IMG/VR virus record: IMGVR_UViG_3300021963_006734
Coordinates: 1 to 63,568 of that record
Reading direction: 5' to 3' (one strand)
Source: a virus
Taxonomy: Duplodnaviria; Caudoviricetes
DNA length: 63,568 nt
In this document: piece after piece, positions 1 to 8,136 of the stretch
How positions within the stretch are numbered: position 1 is the stretch's first letter
How the letters are laid out: every line of letters begins with the position of its first letter
Notes under the pieces: model-generated
The model's input: only the letters and a program-made list of their open reading frames with translations
The model's database searches: none
What the model was told of the DNA's origin: nothing
Translations under genes and position numbers: made by a program

Positions 1-44
1 AGACTATTGATACTGTCAAGGTTGATACAACTTTTATTAAGTAA
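1..44 (+). CDS. 3' end of a gene entering from the left edge (…TIDTVKVDTTFIK*)
   Basis: Open frame from position 3 to TAA at 42-44; only 13 codons visible. Confidence 0.35.
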   Translation, partial: TIDTVKVDTTFIK

Positions 45-50
45 CGAGTT

Positions 51-134
51 ATAAGAATATTCCCGTGCGAGGTGTGACGCACTTGTTGTGGTGGCAGGAA
101 GAACAGGTTACTGTTTGATAGGGAATGTTCTTAT
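51..134 (+). ncRNA. Candidate structured RNA (three-way junction) just upstream of the tRNAs
   Basis: 51-64 ATAAGAATATTCCC pairs with 121-134 GGGAATGTTCTTAT (14 bp, one G-U); internal hairpins GTGCG/CGCAC (65-82) and GAACAG/CTGTTT (101-116). Confidence 0.45.
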
Positions 135-140
135 TTTTCT

Positions 141-225
141 GGACAGGTGGCAGAGTGGTCTATTGCAGTGCTCTTGAAAAGCACCGAACTGAAAGGTTCC
201 GAGAGTTCGAATCCCTCCCTGTCCG
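141..225 (+). tRNA. tRNA-Ser(UGA)
   Basis: Acceptor GGACAGG/CCTGTCC, anticodon arm GTGCT-CTTGAAA-AGCAC, long variable arm, TTCGAAT T-loop, discriminator G; CCA not encoded. Confidence 0.95.
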
Positions 226-229
226 TTTT

Positions 230-301
230 GCCACAATAGCTCAGTGGTAGAGCACCCGATTTGTAATCGGGCGGTCGTCGGTTCAAGCCCGACTTGTGGC
301 T
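230..301 (+). tRNA. tRNA-Thr(UGU)
   Basis: Acceptor GCCACAA/TTGTGGC, D-arm AGCTCAGTGGTAGAGC, anticodon arm CCCGA-TTTGTAA-TCGGG, GTTCAAG T-loop; CCA not encoded. Confidence 0.95.
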
Positions 302-322
302 CTTAAAACTCAATAAGCATGA

Positions 323-330
323 TATTTATA
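323..330 (+). promoter_or_regulatory. Putative phage late-promoter motif TATTTATA upstream of hsp20
   Basis: Same octamer recurs in many intergenic gaps upstream of genes in this window. Confidence 0.55.
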
Positions 331-331
331 T

Positions 332-387
332 AGGACTCGCACCGCGGTGGTGGAGTCCTTTTACCGTGATGCCCATATAGGGATCAC
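332..387 (+). promoter_or_regulatory. Two hairpins in the hsp20 leader; the first may terminate the tRNA transcript
   Basis: AGGACTC/GAGTCCT followed by a T run (332-362); GTGAT-G-CCC/GGG-ATCAC (366-387). Confidence 0.45.
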
Positions 388-407
388 ATAACATAGGAGG
401 TCATTTT

Positions 408-887
408 ATGACTCGTTTAGTTTTTCGTCCGTTTAATACGCATGTTTTAAACAATCGTGACAGTTTCATTAGCACATTTGACAAAATGTTTGATGAAGTC
501 GCACGAAACAGTTTTCCAGAACTGTATCAAAATCTGGGAGTTGAACCATTTGGAAAATCGTCGTATCCAAAGGTTAATGTAATTTCTGATAATGATTCTG
601 TTGTAATTGAGGCAGAATTGGCTGGATATAAGAAAGAAGATATCGATATCGCAGTACAAGACGGTGTTCTTACTGTATCTGGAAAGGCATCGCAACACGC
701 CGGGTACACTGATAAAGCAGTTTATCTCCTCCGTGAGTTGAAGCGCAGTGCTTTCAGCCGGTCGTTTACGCTCGGTGACCAGTTGGATGTCTCAGATGTA
801 AATGCGAAGTTCGATAATGGGTTACTTACAATTTCAATCCAAAAGTTAACGAAGGAGCCAGAAACAAAAAAGGTTACGATTAAGTAA
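408..887 (+). CDS. hsp20: Small heat-shock protein (Hsp20/alpha-crystallin family)
   Basis: YPKVNV…AELAG…DI…GVLTVSG…E…FSRSFTL…AKFDNGLLTI motifs; SD GGAGGT at 396-401. Confidence 0.93.
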   Translation: MTRLVFRPFNTHVLNNRDSFISTFDKMFDEVARNSFPELYQNLGVEPFGKSSYPKVNVISDNDSVVIEAELAGYKKEDIDIAVQDGVLTVSGKASQHAGYTDKAVYLLRELKRSAFSRSFTLGDQLDVSDVNAKFDNGLLTISIQKLTKEPETKKVTIK

Positions 888-912
888 TCACTATTACTAA
901 ATGGAGGTCAGA

Positions 913-963
913 ATGATTTGTACTTGTGTTTTTTGTACTTGTTATTCACACATAACCGATTAA
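913..963 (+). CDS. Putative 16-aa Cys-rich micropeptide MICTCVFCTCYSHITD
   Basis: ATG 913 after SD GGAGGT (903-908), stop TAA 961-963; below the ORF-track cut-off. Confidence 0.4.
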   Translation: MICTCVFCTCYSHITD

Positions 964-1036
964 CTAGGAGGTGATCCTTAAAAGTTATGTGTACGGCTCA
1001 AAACCTCTAACATTTTGGGAGACAAAATAAAAATAT

Positions 1037-1072
1037 AATGGGCCGGACTGACAAGGTTCGGCCCATTTTTTT
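1037..1072 (+). terminator. Rho-independent terminator
   Basis: AATGGGCCGGAC/GTTCGGCCCATT GC-rich stem followed by a T tract. Confidence 0.8.
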
Positions 1073-1081
1073 GGAGAATAT

Positions 1082-2149
1082 ATGAGTAAATTTTTTAACT
1101 TCAAAACACTAGTTTCTTTTTCTGCATTAGTAATCGCAGGATGTGCTGCGTTATTTTCTGTAACTGGTATTGGGACATTGTTTGCCGGCGCAGCAGTGTC
1201 TGCGATGATAATGGCTAGTGCGTTGGAGTTAGGTAAACTGGTGGGTATTTCTTTTTTATATCGATATTGGGTAGAAATTCCCAAAGCACTAAAAACATAT
1301 TTGTCTATTGCAACGGTAATTTTAATTATTATTACATCTGCGGGAATTTATGGATATTTGTCATCTGCTTATGCTAAGGTAGCAGCAACACCCTTGAAAA
1401 TGAGCACAGATATTCAAATTTTAAATGGGCAAGTAGCAACAATAGATGAAGAAATAAAACGAAAAACCATTAGATTGGACCAGATTATTTCCCTACGGGG
1501 TCAACAAGAAAATAGAATTGATAATTTAATTAGTAAAAGTAGTACTGGTAATAATTCAACAATTAGAACAGCACAAAATTCATTACGACAATTAGATGTA
1601 ACGGTTACACAACTGCAAAAAGATATTAACAAAATATCAGCACAACGAGATAGTTTAAAATCAAAAAGTTTGATGACTGAGGTAGAAATTAATACTAACT
1701 CCGATATTGGTACTTTCGTATATATTTCAAAAGCAATCGGGGTATCGTTGGATACGGTAGTTAAATGGTTTATATTGGTTATTGTTTTTGTTTTTGATCC
1801 GTTATCTATTTGTTTAGTATTAGCTTATAATTTTTTACATAAGCGTGGTGAAGTAGTACAAGAACCCAAAATATTAACTATTTTTAACGAACTACCAACA
1901 GATCCAGTAGTACCTATATCTGAACCTGTTGAAGAAGAAATCGTCGATCCTGAGTCAATTGTGCAAGCACAAACGATGATAAAACGACAAGAAACACGAG
2001 TAAATGAAATTGATCACGAGCGTAAAATAATACCTTTTAATAATGGTGATTGGGATGAAGATGATCCGTTTCCACAATACATGACCAAGGCTGAAACAGA
2101 AGATGTTTTAGAAAAGTGGTGGGCGAAAAGAAACGGTAAAACTATATAA
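1082..2149 (+). CDS. Membrane protein: about 3 N-terminal TM helices, long coiled coil, C-terminal TM
   Basis: Hydrophobic segments in aa 10-95 and about 228-250 flank a heptad-rich region; SD GGAGA. Confidence 0.7.
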   Translation: MSKFFNFKTLVSFSALVIAGCAALFSVTGIGTLFAGAAVSAMIMASALELGKLVGISFLYRYWVEIPKALKTYLSIATVILIIITSAGIYGYLSSAYAKVAATPLKMSTDIQILNGQVATIDEEIKRKTIRLDQIISLRGQQENRIDNLISKSSTGNNSTIRTAQNSLRQLDVTVTQLQKDINKISAQRDSLKSKSLMTEVEINTNSDIGTFVYISKAIGVSLDTVVKWFILVIVFVFDPLSICLVLAYNFLHKRGEVVQEPKILTIFNELPTDPVVPISEPVEEEIVDPESIVQAQTMIKRQETRVNEIDHERKIIPFNNGDWDEDDPFPQYMTKAETEDVLEKWWAKRNGKTI

Positions 2150-2152
2150 CAC

Positions 2153-2181
2153 TTGACAATACACGACGGATTTAGTATATT
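2153..2181 (+). promoter_or_regulatory. Sigma70-type promoter upstream of uvsE
   Basis: TTGACA (2153-2158), 17-nt spacer, TATATT (2176-2181). Confidence 0.75.
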
Positions 2182-2234
2182 ACATGTAAATAATGTAACT
2201 TACATATTTCATTAACTACTAATAGGTTATTTAT

Positions 2235-3131
2235 ATGCCACATCAAGTCGGCTATTGTTGTATCAATCTCACACTACAAAAGACTCGTAAAATTACTACT
2301 AATCGTGGTATGATACAGCGTACTTTTCTAGATCGTGGTGTTAAATATGCGTCTGAACTTGCACTACAGAACGCCAAGGATTTGGTGGAGATTATCAAGT
2401 GGAATGCACAGAATGGTGTTAAAGTGTTCCGACTATCCTCCGATTTGTTTCCGTGGAACTCTAAATACAAACTGACCGACCTTCCAGACTACGACAAAAT
2501 TAGTCAATATCTTCTTGCCGCTGGTGCGTTCGCGCATAATACTGGTCAGCGTATTACCGCACATCCTGACCACTTTGTTAAACTTGGGTCACTCAAACCC
2601 GAAGTTGTAGATAATGCTATCCACGACCTTGAACATCATTCCGAAGTATTTGACTTGATGGGATTGGAAGCATCGCATTACAACTGTCTCAATATCCATG
2701 TTGGTATGAACTATGACAACGATACGATTGACCGATGGGTTCGTGCATTTGACAGACTTTCCGACAACTGTAAGAAGCGCTTGGTGGTTGAAAATGATGA
2801 CAAACAAAACGCATTTTCTATCAAACAACTCCATCGTGAGATTACTACTCGCACTGGTGTTCCCTTGACTTTTGACTACTTTCACCATACATTTCATACA
2901 GATGGAATGTCGTCTACTGATGCGGCACACCTCGCTGCATCCACATGGGATACCAAACCACTGTTTCATTACAGCGAGTCCAAGAATCTAAACGAGAGTG
3001 TTTCTGGTAATCCACGGGCACACGCTGATTATGTATTTTCCAAGATTGATGATTATGGACTAGACATTGATGTTGACCTAGAAGCAAAAGCCAAAGAACT
3101 CGCATTATTTAAATATCGGGAGATACTATGA
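2235..3131 (+). CDS. uvsE: UV-damage endonuclease UvsE/UVDE
   Basis: GYCCIN, FRLSSDLFP, HPDHF, NIHVG, LVVENDD, DYFHH, HYSES, HADY, EAKAKE motifs. Confidence 0.92.
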   Translation: MPHQVGYCCINLTLQKTRKITTNRGMIQRTFLDRGVKYASELALQNAKDLVEIIKWNAQNGVKVFRLSSDLFPWNSKYKLTDLPDYDKISQYLLAAGAFAHNTGQRITAHPDHFVKLGSLKPEVVDNAIHDLEHHSEVFDLMGLEASHYNCLNIHVGMNYDNDTIDRWVRAFDRLSDNCKKRLVVENDDKQNAFSIKQLHREITTRTGVPLTFDYFHHTFHTDGMSSTDAAHLAASTWDTKPLFHYSESKNLNESVSGNPRAHADYVFSKIDDYGLDIDVDLEAKAKELALFKYREIL

Positions 3132-3754
3132 TTAGTTTCGCAATCACAACTCATAACGAAGGTCATTATATTCAACAACTACTTGACCAACTCATTCCTC
3201 ATTGTGAAAAAACTGGGGACGAGATTGTTGTTGTAGATGACAATTCTACCGATGAATATACACTACAAATTCTTTACAATTACGCGGATCAAGACAAAAT
3301 TAAATTACATAATCATGCATTAAATAATAATTTTGCAAATCATAAAAATTATTTGAATTCTCTGTGTCAGAGCGATTATATTTTTCAAGTAGATGCAGAT
3401 GAAAAATTCCACGAAAACCTCTTGACATATCTACATGATATTGTGTATAATAATACTAATGTAGATTTGTTTCTTATTCCCAGAGTCAATGTAGTAACAG
3501 GACTCACAGATGATGATGTTAAACGATGGGGTTGGGTATTAAACGAAAAGGGATGGGTGGTGTGGCCTGATTATCAAACGCGTTTGTATCGTAACAGTGA
3601 TGATATTAAATGGGAAGGAAAAGTTCACGAACGCATTGTTGGTTATAAGACACACGCACCATTACCAGCAGAAGAAGAATGGGCATTATATCATGTAAAG
3701 GATATTTCACGGCAACGGGAGCAGAATGATTATTATGCAAAACTTACACGGTAA
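3128..3754 (+). CDS. Glycosyltransferase family 2
   Basis: ISFAITTHNE, VVVDDNSTD, VDADE (DxD), PDYQTRL, VHE motifs; ATGA overlap with uvsE. Confidence 0.88.
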   Translation: MISFAITTHNEGHYIQQLLDQLIPHCEKTGDEIVVVDDNSTDEYTLQILYNYADQDKIKLHNHALNNNFANHKNYLNSLCQSDYIFQVDADEKFHENLLTYLHDIVYNNTNVDLFLIPRVNVVTGLTDDDVKRWGWVLNEKGWVVWPDYQTRLYRNSDDIKWEGKVHERIVGYKTHAPLPAEEEWALYHVKDISRQREQNDYYAKLTR

Positions 3755-4757
3755 ACAGGCACTCACATATGATGACATCAATTTGGTTCCTGAATATTCA
3801 GAAATAGAATCACGATCAAAAATTGACCTCTCTACTCAATTAACAACTAATTATAGAATAAAGATTCCACTCATCGCATCACCGATGGATACGGTGTGTG
3901 ATAGTGAGATGGCTGTTGCTATGGCAGAATTAGGTGGAGTTGGATGCATTCACCGATTCATGACTATTGAAGAACAAGTAGAACACACAAGAACTACATA
4001 TCAGATAATTGCGGAAGAAGAATATGGTGTTCCTGTTATGGCCGCTGTTGGTGCAAACGGTGATTATTTTGAACGAGCGGAGGCGTTGTGTAACGCAGGT
4101 GCAAATGTTATATTAATTGATGTAGCACACGGTCACCATGTCTTTGTAAAAGATGCAATTCATAAAATAAAAGATAATCTGGATGTAGATGTAATAGCAG
4201 GTAATATCGCTACAGCAGAAGCAGCAGAAGATTTACAATTTTGGGGAGCAGATGCTCTTAGGGTAGGAATTGGTGGTGGATCACTGTGTACTACTCGTAT
4301 GAAAACAGGTTTCGGTGTACCAAATGTTACTTCGTTACAAATGGTTTCTGCAGCATCAAATGTTCCTGTTATTGCATGTGGTGGTATTCGTAATAGCGGA
4401 GATATTGCAAAAGCACTGGCGGTTGGGGCAAACTCTGTGATTCTTGGGTCAATTCTGGCGGGAACCAAAGAAGCGCCTGGTGCAATGATAGAGAAACAAA
4501 ATGGGTTATACAAACGATATCGTGGTGCCGCGTCTTTGGAAACAAAAAGTGTTCACGGACAAAGTACTCGTAATGTAGAGGGTGAATCTACTATTGTTCC
4601 ATTCAAGGGTAAAGCTAAGTTTATTGTTGATGGATTACTAGATGGATTACGGTCCGCCTTGTCATACGCAGGAGCACAAAATCTTCGAGAATTTGAACCC
4701 GCGTGTGTAATTGTAACAAACGCTGGAGTCAATGAGGCAAAACCACACCTTCTCTAA
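3726..4757 (+). CDS. IMP dehydrogenase / GMP reductase family enzyme, no CBS domains
   Basis: LTYDDINLVP, SPMDTV, IDVAHGH, GNIAT, GIGGGSLCTTR (catalytic Cys), NVEG; start may be 3735. Confidence 0.9.
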   Translation: MIIMQNLHGKQALTYDDINLVPEYSEIESRSKIDLSTQLTTNYRIKIPLIASPMDTVCDSEMAVAMAELGGVGCIHRFMTIEEQVEHTRTTYQIIAEEEYGVPVMAAVGANGDYFERAEALCNAGANVILIDVAHGHHVFVKDAIHKIKDNLDVDVIAGNIATAEAAEDLQFWGADALRVGIGGGSLCTTRMKTGFGVPNVTSLQMVSAASNVPVIACGGIRNSGDIAKALAVGANSVILGSILAGTKEAPGAMIEKQNGLYKRYRGAASLETKSVHGQSTRNVEGESTIVPFKGKAKFIVDGLLDGLRSALSYAGAQNLREFEPACVIVTNAGVNEAKPHLL

Positions 4758-4770
4758 TATAGGAGAATGT

Positions 4771-5304
4771 ATGAAAAAATTAATAACCATTGTAAGTGTA
4801 TTTATAGTTTTGACTTTGTTAAAAATAGAGGATACGCAACATCAAACACCAAATAAAATTGTATTATCAAAACCTACAGAATTGGAAAGATTTCTTCATG
4901 ATATAGGAGAAAGGGAAAGTGATAATACACCACATGTGGTAAATAAATTTGGTATGATGGGAAAATATCAATTTGCACCAAGTACTATTAAAGTACTAGG
5001 ATTCAATATCACTAAAAAGAAATTCCTGACAGACCCAGAACTTCAAGACTCGGTAATGGTTGCATATTTACGAGCAAATAATAAAGAACTAAACTCATTA
5101 ATTACTAAATACGAAAATAAAATTTTTAAGGGTATAAAAATTACTAGATCTGGAATCTTAGCAGCGGCACATCTTGCTGGATCTGCTAATGTTGTTAGAT
5201 ATTTTTCAAACAATGACGCATACGGTACAACTGATGCAAATGGTACTAGTATTCGTGAATATATGACAACTTTTTCTAAGTATAAATTGAAAAAAACTAT
5301 ATGA
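4771..5304 (+). CDS. Lysozyme-like / transglycosylase-fold peptidoglycan hydrolase with N-terminal signal or anchor
   Basis: MKK plus hydrophobic leader after SD AGGAG; ERES…GKYQF…AAHLAG motifs. Confidence 0.65.
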   Translation: MKKLITIVSVFIVLTLLKIEDTQHQTPNKIVLSKPTELERFLHDIGERESDNTPHVVNKFGMMGKYQFAPSTIKVLGFNITKKKFLTDPELQDSVMVAYLRANNKELNSLITKYENKIFKGIKITRSGILAAAHLAGSANVVRYFSNNDAYGTTDANGTSIREYMTTFSKYKLKKTI

Positions 5305-5588
5305 TAATAATATTAATTCTAAGTGTGCTTCTAAATCTACTATTCGTATATATGATGTACGCAGCTATGACAAAAGTGGAAATTTTGGAGCAAAGTGTAG
5401 AATATTTTTATTCTCGTATTGATATAACATTACGCACTATGCGGATGATAGATGAAAAACAAATGTTTGAAAAAGATGATGAAGTTGGAGAAGTATTTTC
5501 ACAACTTACAAATATTGTTAATGATCTTCGTCCTATTCTATATGGGAGTTTAGTTGATGGTGAAACAAGTAAAGAACAAGTTGGGTAA
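5301..5588 (+). CDS. Small membrane-anchored hypothetical protein
   Basis: N-terminal TM helix; overlaps both neighbouring genes. Confidence 0.65.
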   Translation: MIIILILSVLLNLLFVYMMYAAMTKVEILEQSVEYFYSRIDITLRTMRMIDEKQMFEKDDEVGEVFSQLTNIVNDLRPILYGSLVDGETSKEQVG

Positions 5589-6297
5589 AGTGTATTTTAC
5601 ACAAGAAACAGAAGATGCTATTATTTTGTACAACAAAACAGAAGATGATGAGCAACGAGAACTAATATATCGACAACACATACAAGCACCATTTGATAAA
5701 TTAGCCGAAAATGTAATCAATAGATTTAAATTTCCTTATATGGAAGGATCTTTTGAGGAAGTTAAATCGGAAGTTGTTGCATTCTTAGTAATTAATTTAC
5801 ATAAGTTCGCAGAAGGAAAAGGTAAAGCCTTTTCCTATTTTAGCGTGATTGCAAAAAATTATCTTATATTACATAATAACAATGCATATAAAGAAGAAAA
5901 ACGATCTGTTTATTTAATAGATAAAATTGATGAAACATTTTCTTTAGAAGAAACATTGGCGGTAGAACCAGAAGAAGAAGAATTGCATAGTGATATGAGA
6001 GATTTTATAATTATACTGGTGCAATATTGGGATTTTAATCTTACTAAGATATTCAAGAAAAAAAGAGATATAGACATAGCTACTGCTGTTGTAGAATTAC
6101 TCCGTAGAGTTGACGGAATAGACAACTTCAATAAAAAAGCATTGTACTTGATGATTCGTGAAATGACCAATTATAAAACATCCCACATTACAAAGGTCAT
6201 TAATAAAATGAAAGTGCATGTCTTTGAAAAAATGAAAGAATTTCGTAGAACAGGACATATTTCCGATCCATCCACATATTTCATGTATAAAAAATAG
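5557..6297 (+). CDS. Phage RNA polymerase sigma factor, probably late (T4 gp55-like)
   Basis: Sigma region-2-like segment LAENVINRFKF…EVVAFL…HKF…KGKAFSYFSVIAKN; SD GGAG before ATG 5557. Confidence 0.65.
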   Translation: MVKQVKNKLGKVYFTQETEDAIILYNKTEDDEQRELIYRQHIQAPFDKLAENVINRFKFPYMEGSFEEVKSEVVAFLVINLHKFAEGKGKAFSYFSVIAKNYLILHNNNAYKEEKRSVYLIDKIDETFSLEETLAVEPEEEELHSDMRDFIIILVQYWDFNLTKIFKKKRDIDIATAVVELLRRVDGIDNFNKKALYLMIREMTNYKTSHITKVINKMKVHVFEKMKEFRRTGHISDPSTYFMYKK

Positions 6298-6305
6298 CCT
6301 CTAAC

Positions 6306-6313
6306 TATTTATA
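6306..6313 (+). promoter_or_regulatory. Putative late promoter TATTTATA at the start of the baseplate operon
   Basis: Recurrent octamer 22 nt upstream of ATG 6336. Confidence 0.6.
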
Positions 6314-6335
6314 GTATAGTAACTTGGAGGTTATA

Positions 6336-6734
6336 ATGAGTTTAGATAAAGAAATATTTGACGGAAAAACACTTTCCGATCTCTTTTCAGAAATTTACAA
6401 GAATACCGACTCTAAGAGACAACAGATTAACACCTTTGTCTCTAAGTTGGTTATGCTTATTCGTACACCAGAAGACGCCGCAGTTATTGGTCCTGTTATA
6501 AAAGATTTTATTGATGTTAATGTTAAAAATGACGAGCACTTGGTCAGAGTCGCTCAAATCGCACAAAGATTGGTAGGTGCTGCGTCAAAAAACGAATCTG
6601 TTGATGGACTACTCACGGAAGCGGAAAAGCAAGCATTACTTGGGGATCTAAAGGCAGAGTTAGACGAAATTAAACAAGAAAATTCTGAATTAGACGATGA
6701 AATATTTGCGGCAAATAACAGAGTAAAGAAATGA
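6336..6734 (+). CDS. Hypothetical helical protein
   Basis: ORF with SD GGAGG at 6326-6330 and ATG 6336. Confidence 0.7.
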   Translation: MSLDKEIFDGKTLSDLFSEIYKNTDSKRQQINTFVSKLVMLIRTPEDAAVIGPVIKDFIDVNVKNDEHLVRVAQIAQRLVGAASKNESVDGLLTEAEKQALLGDLKAELDEIKQENSELDDEIFAANNRVKK

Positions 6735-8134
6735 CAGCACCAGGTGGATTTCGAGTAACTAATAAACAAGTAGGAAATGGTTCAGTAAATCCAGGACTTA
6801 ACACTGGAGCTGGTGTAATTACTCAACCGTTTATATATGGGGTTGCTCAAGTCGAACGAATATTAATCAACGAAGAAAGTGAAGGAGATAATATTCGTAG
6901 TGATAGTAGAGCTGCAAAAACAGTTGGCCGTGCTAAAATTAGACTTCTGGATATAAATCAAACTACCAAGAAAAGAGATCTGTACGAAGCAGATCCGCTT
7001 AATCCATACCAATCAACATTCCCATTGGTAGGAGAATATGTATTAGTATTTAGAGCGTTGGGGAAATATTATTATGTAGGACCACTCAATGTAGATCGCC
7101 GCATAACACAGAACGCCAGACCACTCATAGGAGACTTGGTAGAAGCTTCGTCACAAGAAAATAAATTAAGTAGACAACGAAATGCATTGAACGGTATACT
7201 TAAACAAAAACCTCTTGTCAAAACCAAACCTGGAAATAATTTTTTAGAAGCAGATGTACAACCCATTAAAACATTTGAGGGTGATGTAATATATCAAGGT
7301 CGATACGGACACAGTATTCGATTTGGTACGAGTCAAATGCATTTACGACCAGACAGACAATCTCCAAATATAGTTATTCGTACAGGTCAATCAAAAAATT
7401 CCCTAAAAGTTGAAAAAAATAAATCATCACTAACGATAGAAAGCTTAGATGAAGATGCATCGTCAATTTACATGACATCCGATGAACTGTTACCATTCAC
7501 ACCAGCAACAAGAAATAGCTCAACATTTTTATATTCAATGATAAGTAAACCTGGTGCATTCGACGGTGCCCAGGTATTAATCAATTCTGATAGCATTATC
7601 TTAAATTCAAAACTAAAATCAATATACATGTTTAGTAAAGAGGGTATTCACATGAATTCTCTCAAACAAGGTATGACATTGGATTCTGAAGGAGCTATCA
7701 CACAACGAACATTGCAAGATTTAACATTATTAGCGAATTTAAGTATTATAGGAAAGGCTCGAGAAGATGTTACCTATATTGCTGCACGAGATGTAAATGT
7801 GGATGCTGGTCGTTATGTAGTAATCCGTAGTAATGAAACTTACTTGGGTGGGTATAATAGTAGAGCAGAACCACTTGTTATGGGAACAACACTTAAAAAA
7901 TTTTTTATAGAACTATTAAAAGTGTTATCAACGACGCAACCATTGACATTGGGACCAACTGGAGTAATAAACCCTGCAGTAGTAGCTAGATTGACTTTGA
8001 CCTATGCACGATATCTGGTTATCCCCGGACCACTTAATAGTCGATGGGCATCCGACGATAATTTCACAGTAAAAGTTAATGAAAAAACAGAAGGTCCTGG
8101 ATTCCCACCTATCAGTAAGGGAGTACAGATATAA
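6731..8134 (+). CDS. Putative baseplate hub/spike protein (gp5/VgrG-like)
   Basis: PLVGEYVLV OB-fold-like motif, GDVIYQGRYGHSIRFG, beta-repeat-like C-terminal half; lies upstream of the gp25/gp6-like genes. Confidence 0.5.
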   Translation: MTAPGGFRVTNKQVGNGSVNPGLNTGAGVITQPFIYGVAQVERILINEESEGDNIRSDSRAAKTVGRAKIRLLDINQTTKKRDLYEADPLNPYQSTFPLVGEYVLVFRALGKYYYVGPLNVDRRITQNARPLIGDLVEASSQENKLSRQRNALNGILKQKPLVKTKPGNNFLEADVQPIKTFEGDVIYQGRYGHSIRFGTSQMHLRPDRQSPNIVIRTGQSKNSLKVEKNKSSLTIESLDEDASSIYMTSDELLPFTPATRNSSTFLYSMISKPGAFDGAQVLINSDSIILNSKLKSIYMFSKEGIHMNSLKQGMTLDSEGAITQRTLQDLTLLANLSIIGKAREDVTYIAARDVNVDAGRYVVIRSNETYLGGYNSRAEPLVMGTTLKKFFIELLKVLSTTQPLTLGPTGVINPAVVARLTLTYARYLVIPGPLNSRWASDDNFTVKVNEKTEGPGFPPISKGVQI

Positions 8135-8136
8135 TC

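Noticed and set aside
131-313. 60-aa minus-strand ORF
   Set aside because: It is the antisense of the two tRNA genes
366-407. ROSE-type RNA thermometer upstream of hsp20
   Set aside because: The SD (396-401) is not paired in the hairpins I can see and there is no U(U/C)GCU anti-SD motif
2228-2235. TATTTATA at the uvsE start
   Set aside because: Overlaps the ATG and a good sigma70 promoter lies upstream; probably chance
6336-6734. Terminase small subunit
   Set aside because: Size and helicity fit, but no motif I can recognise and it is far from terL
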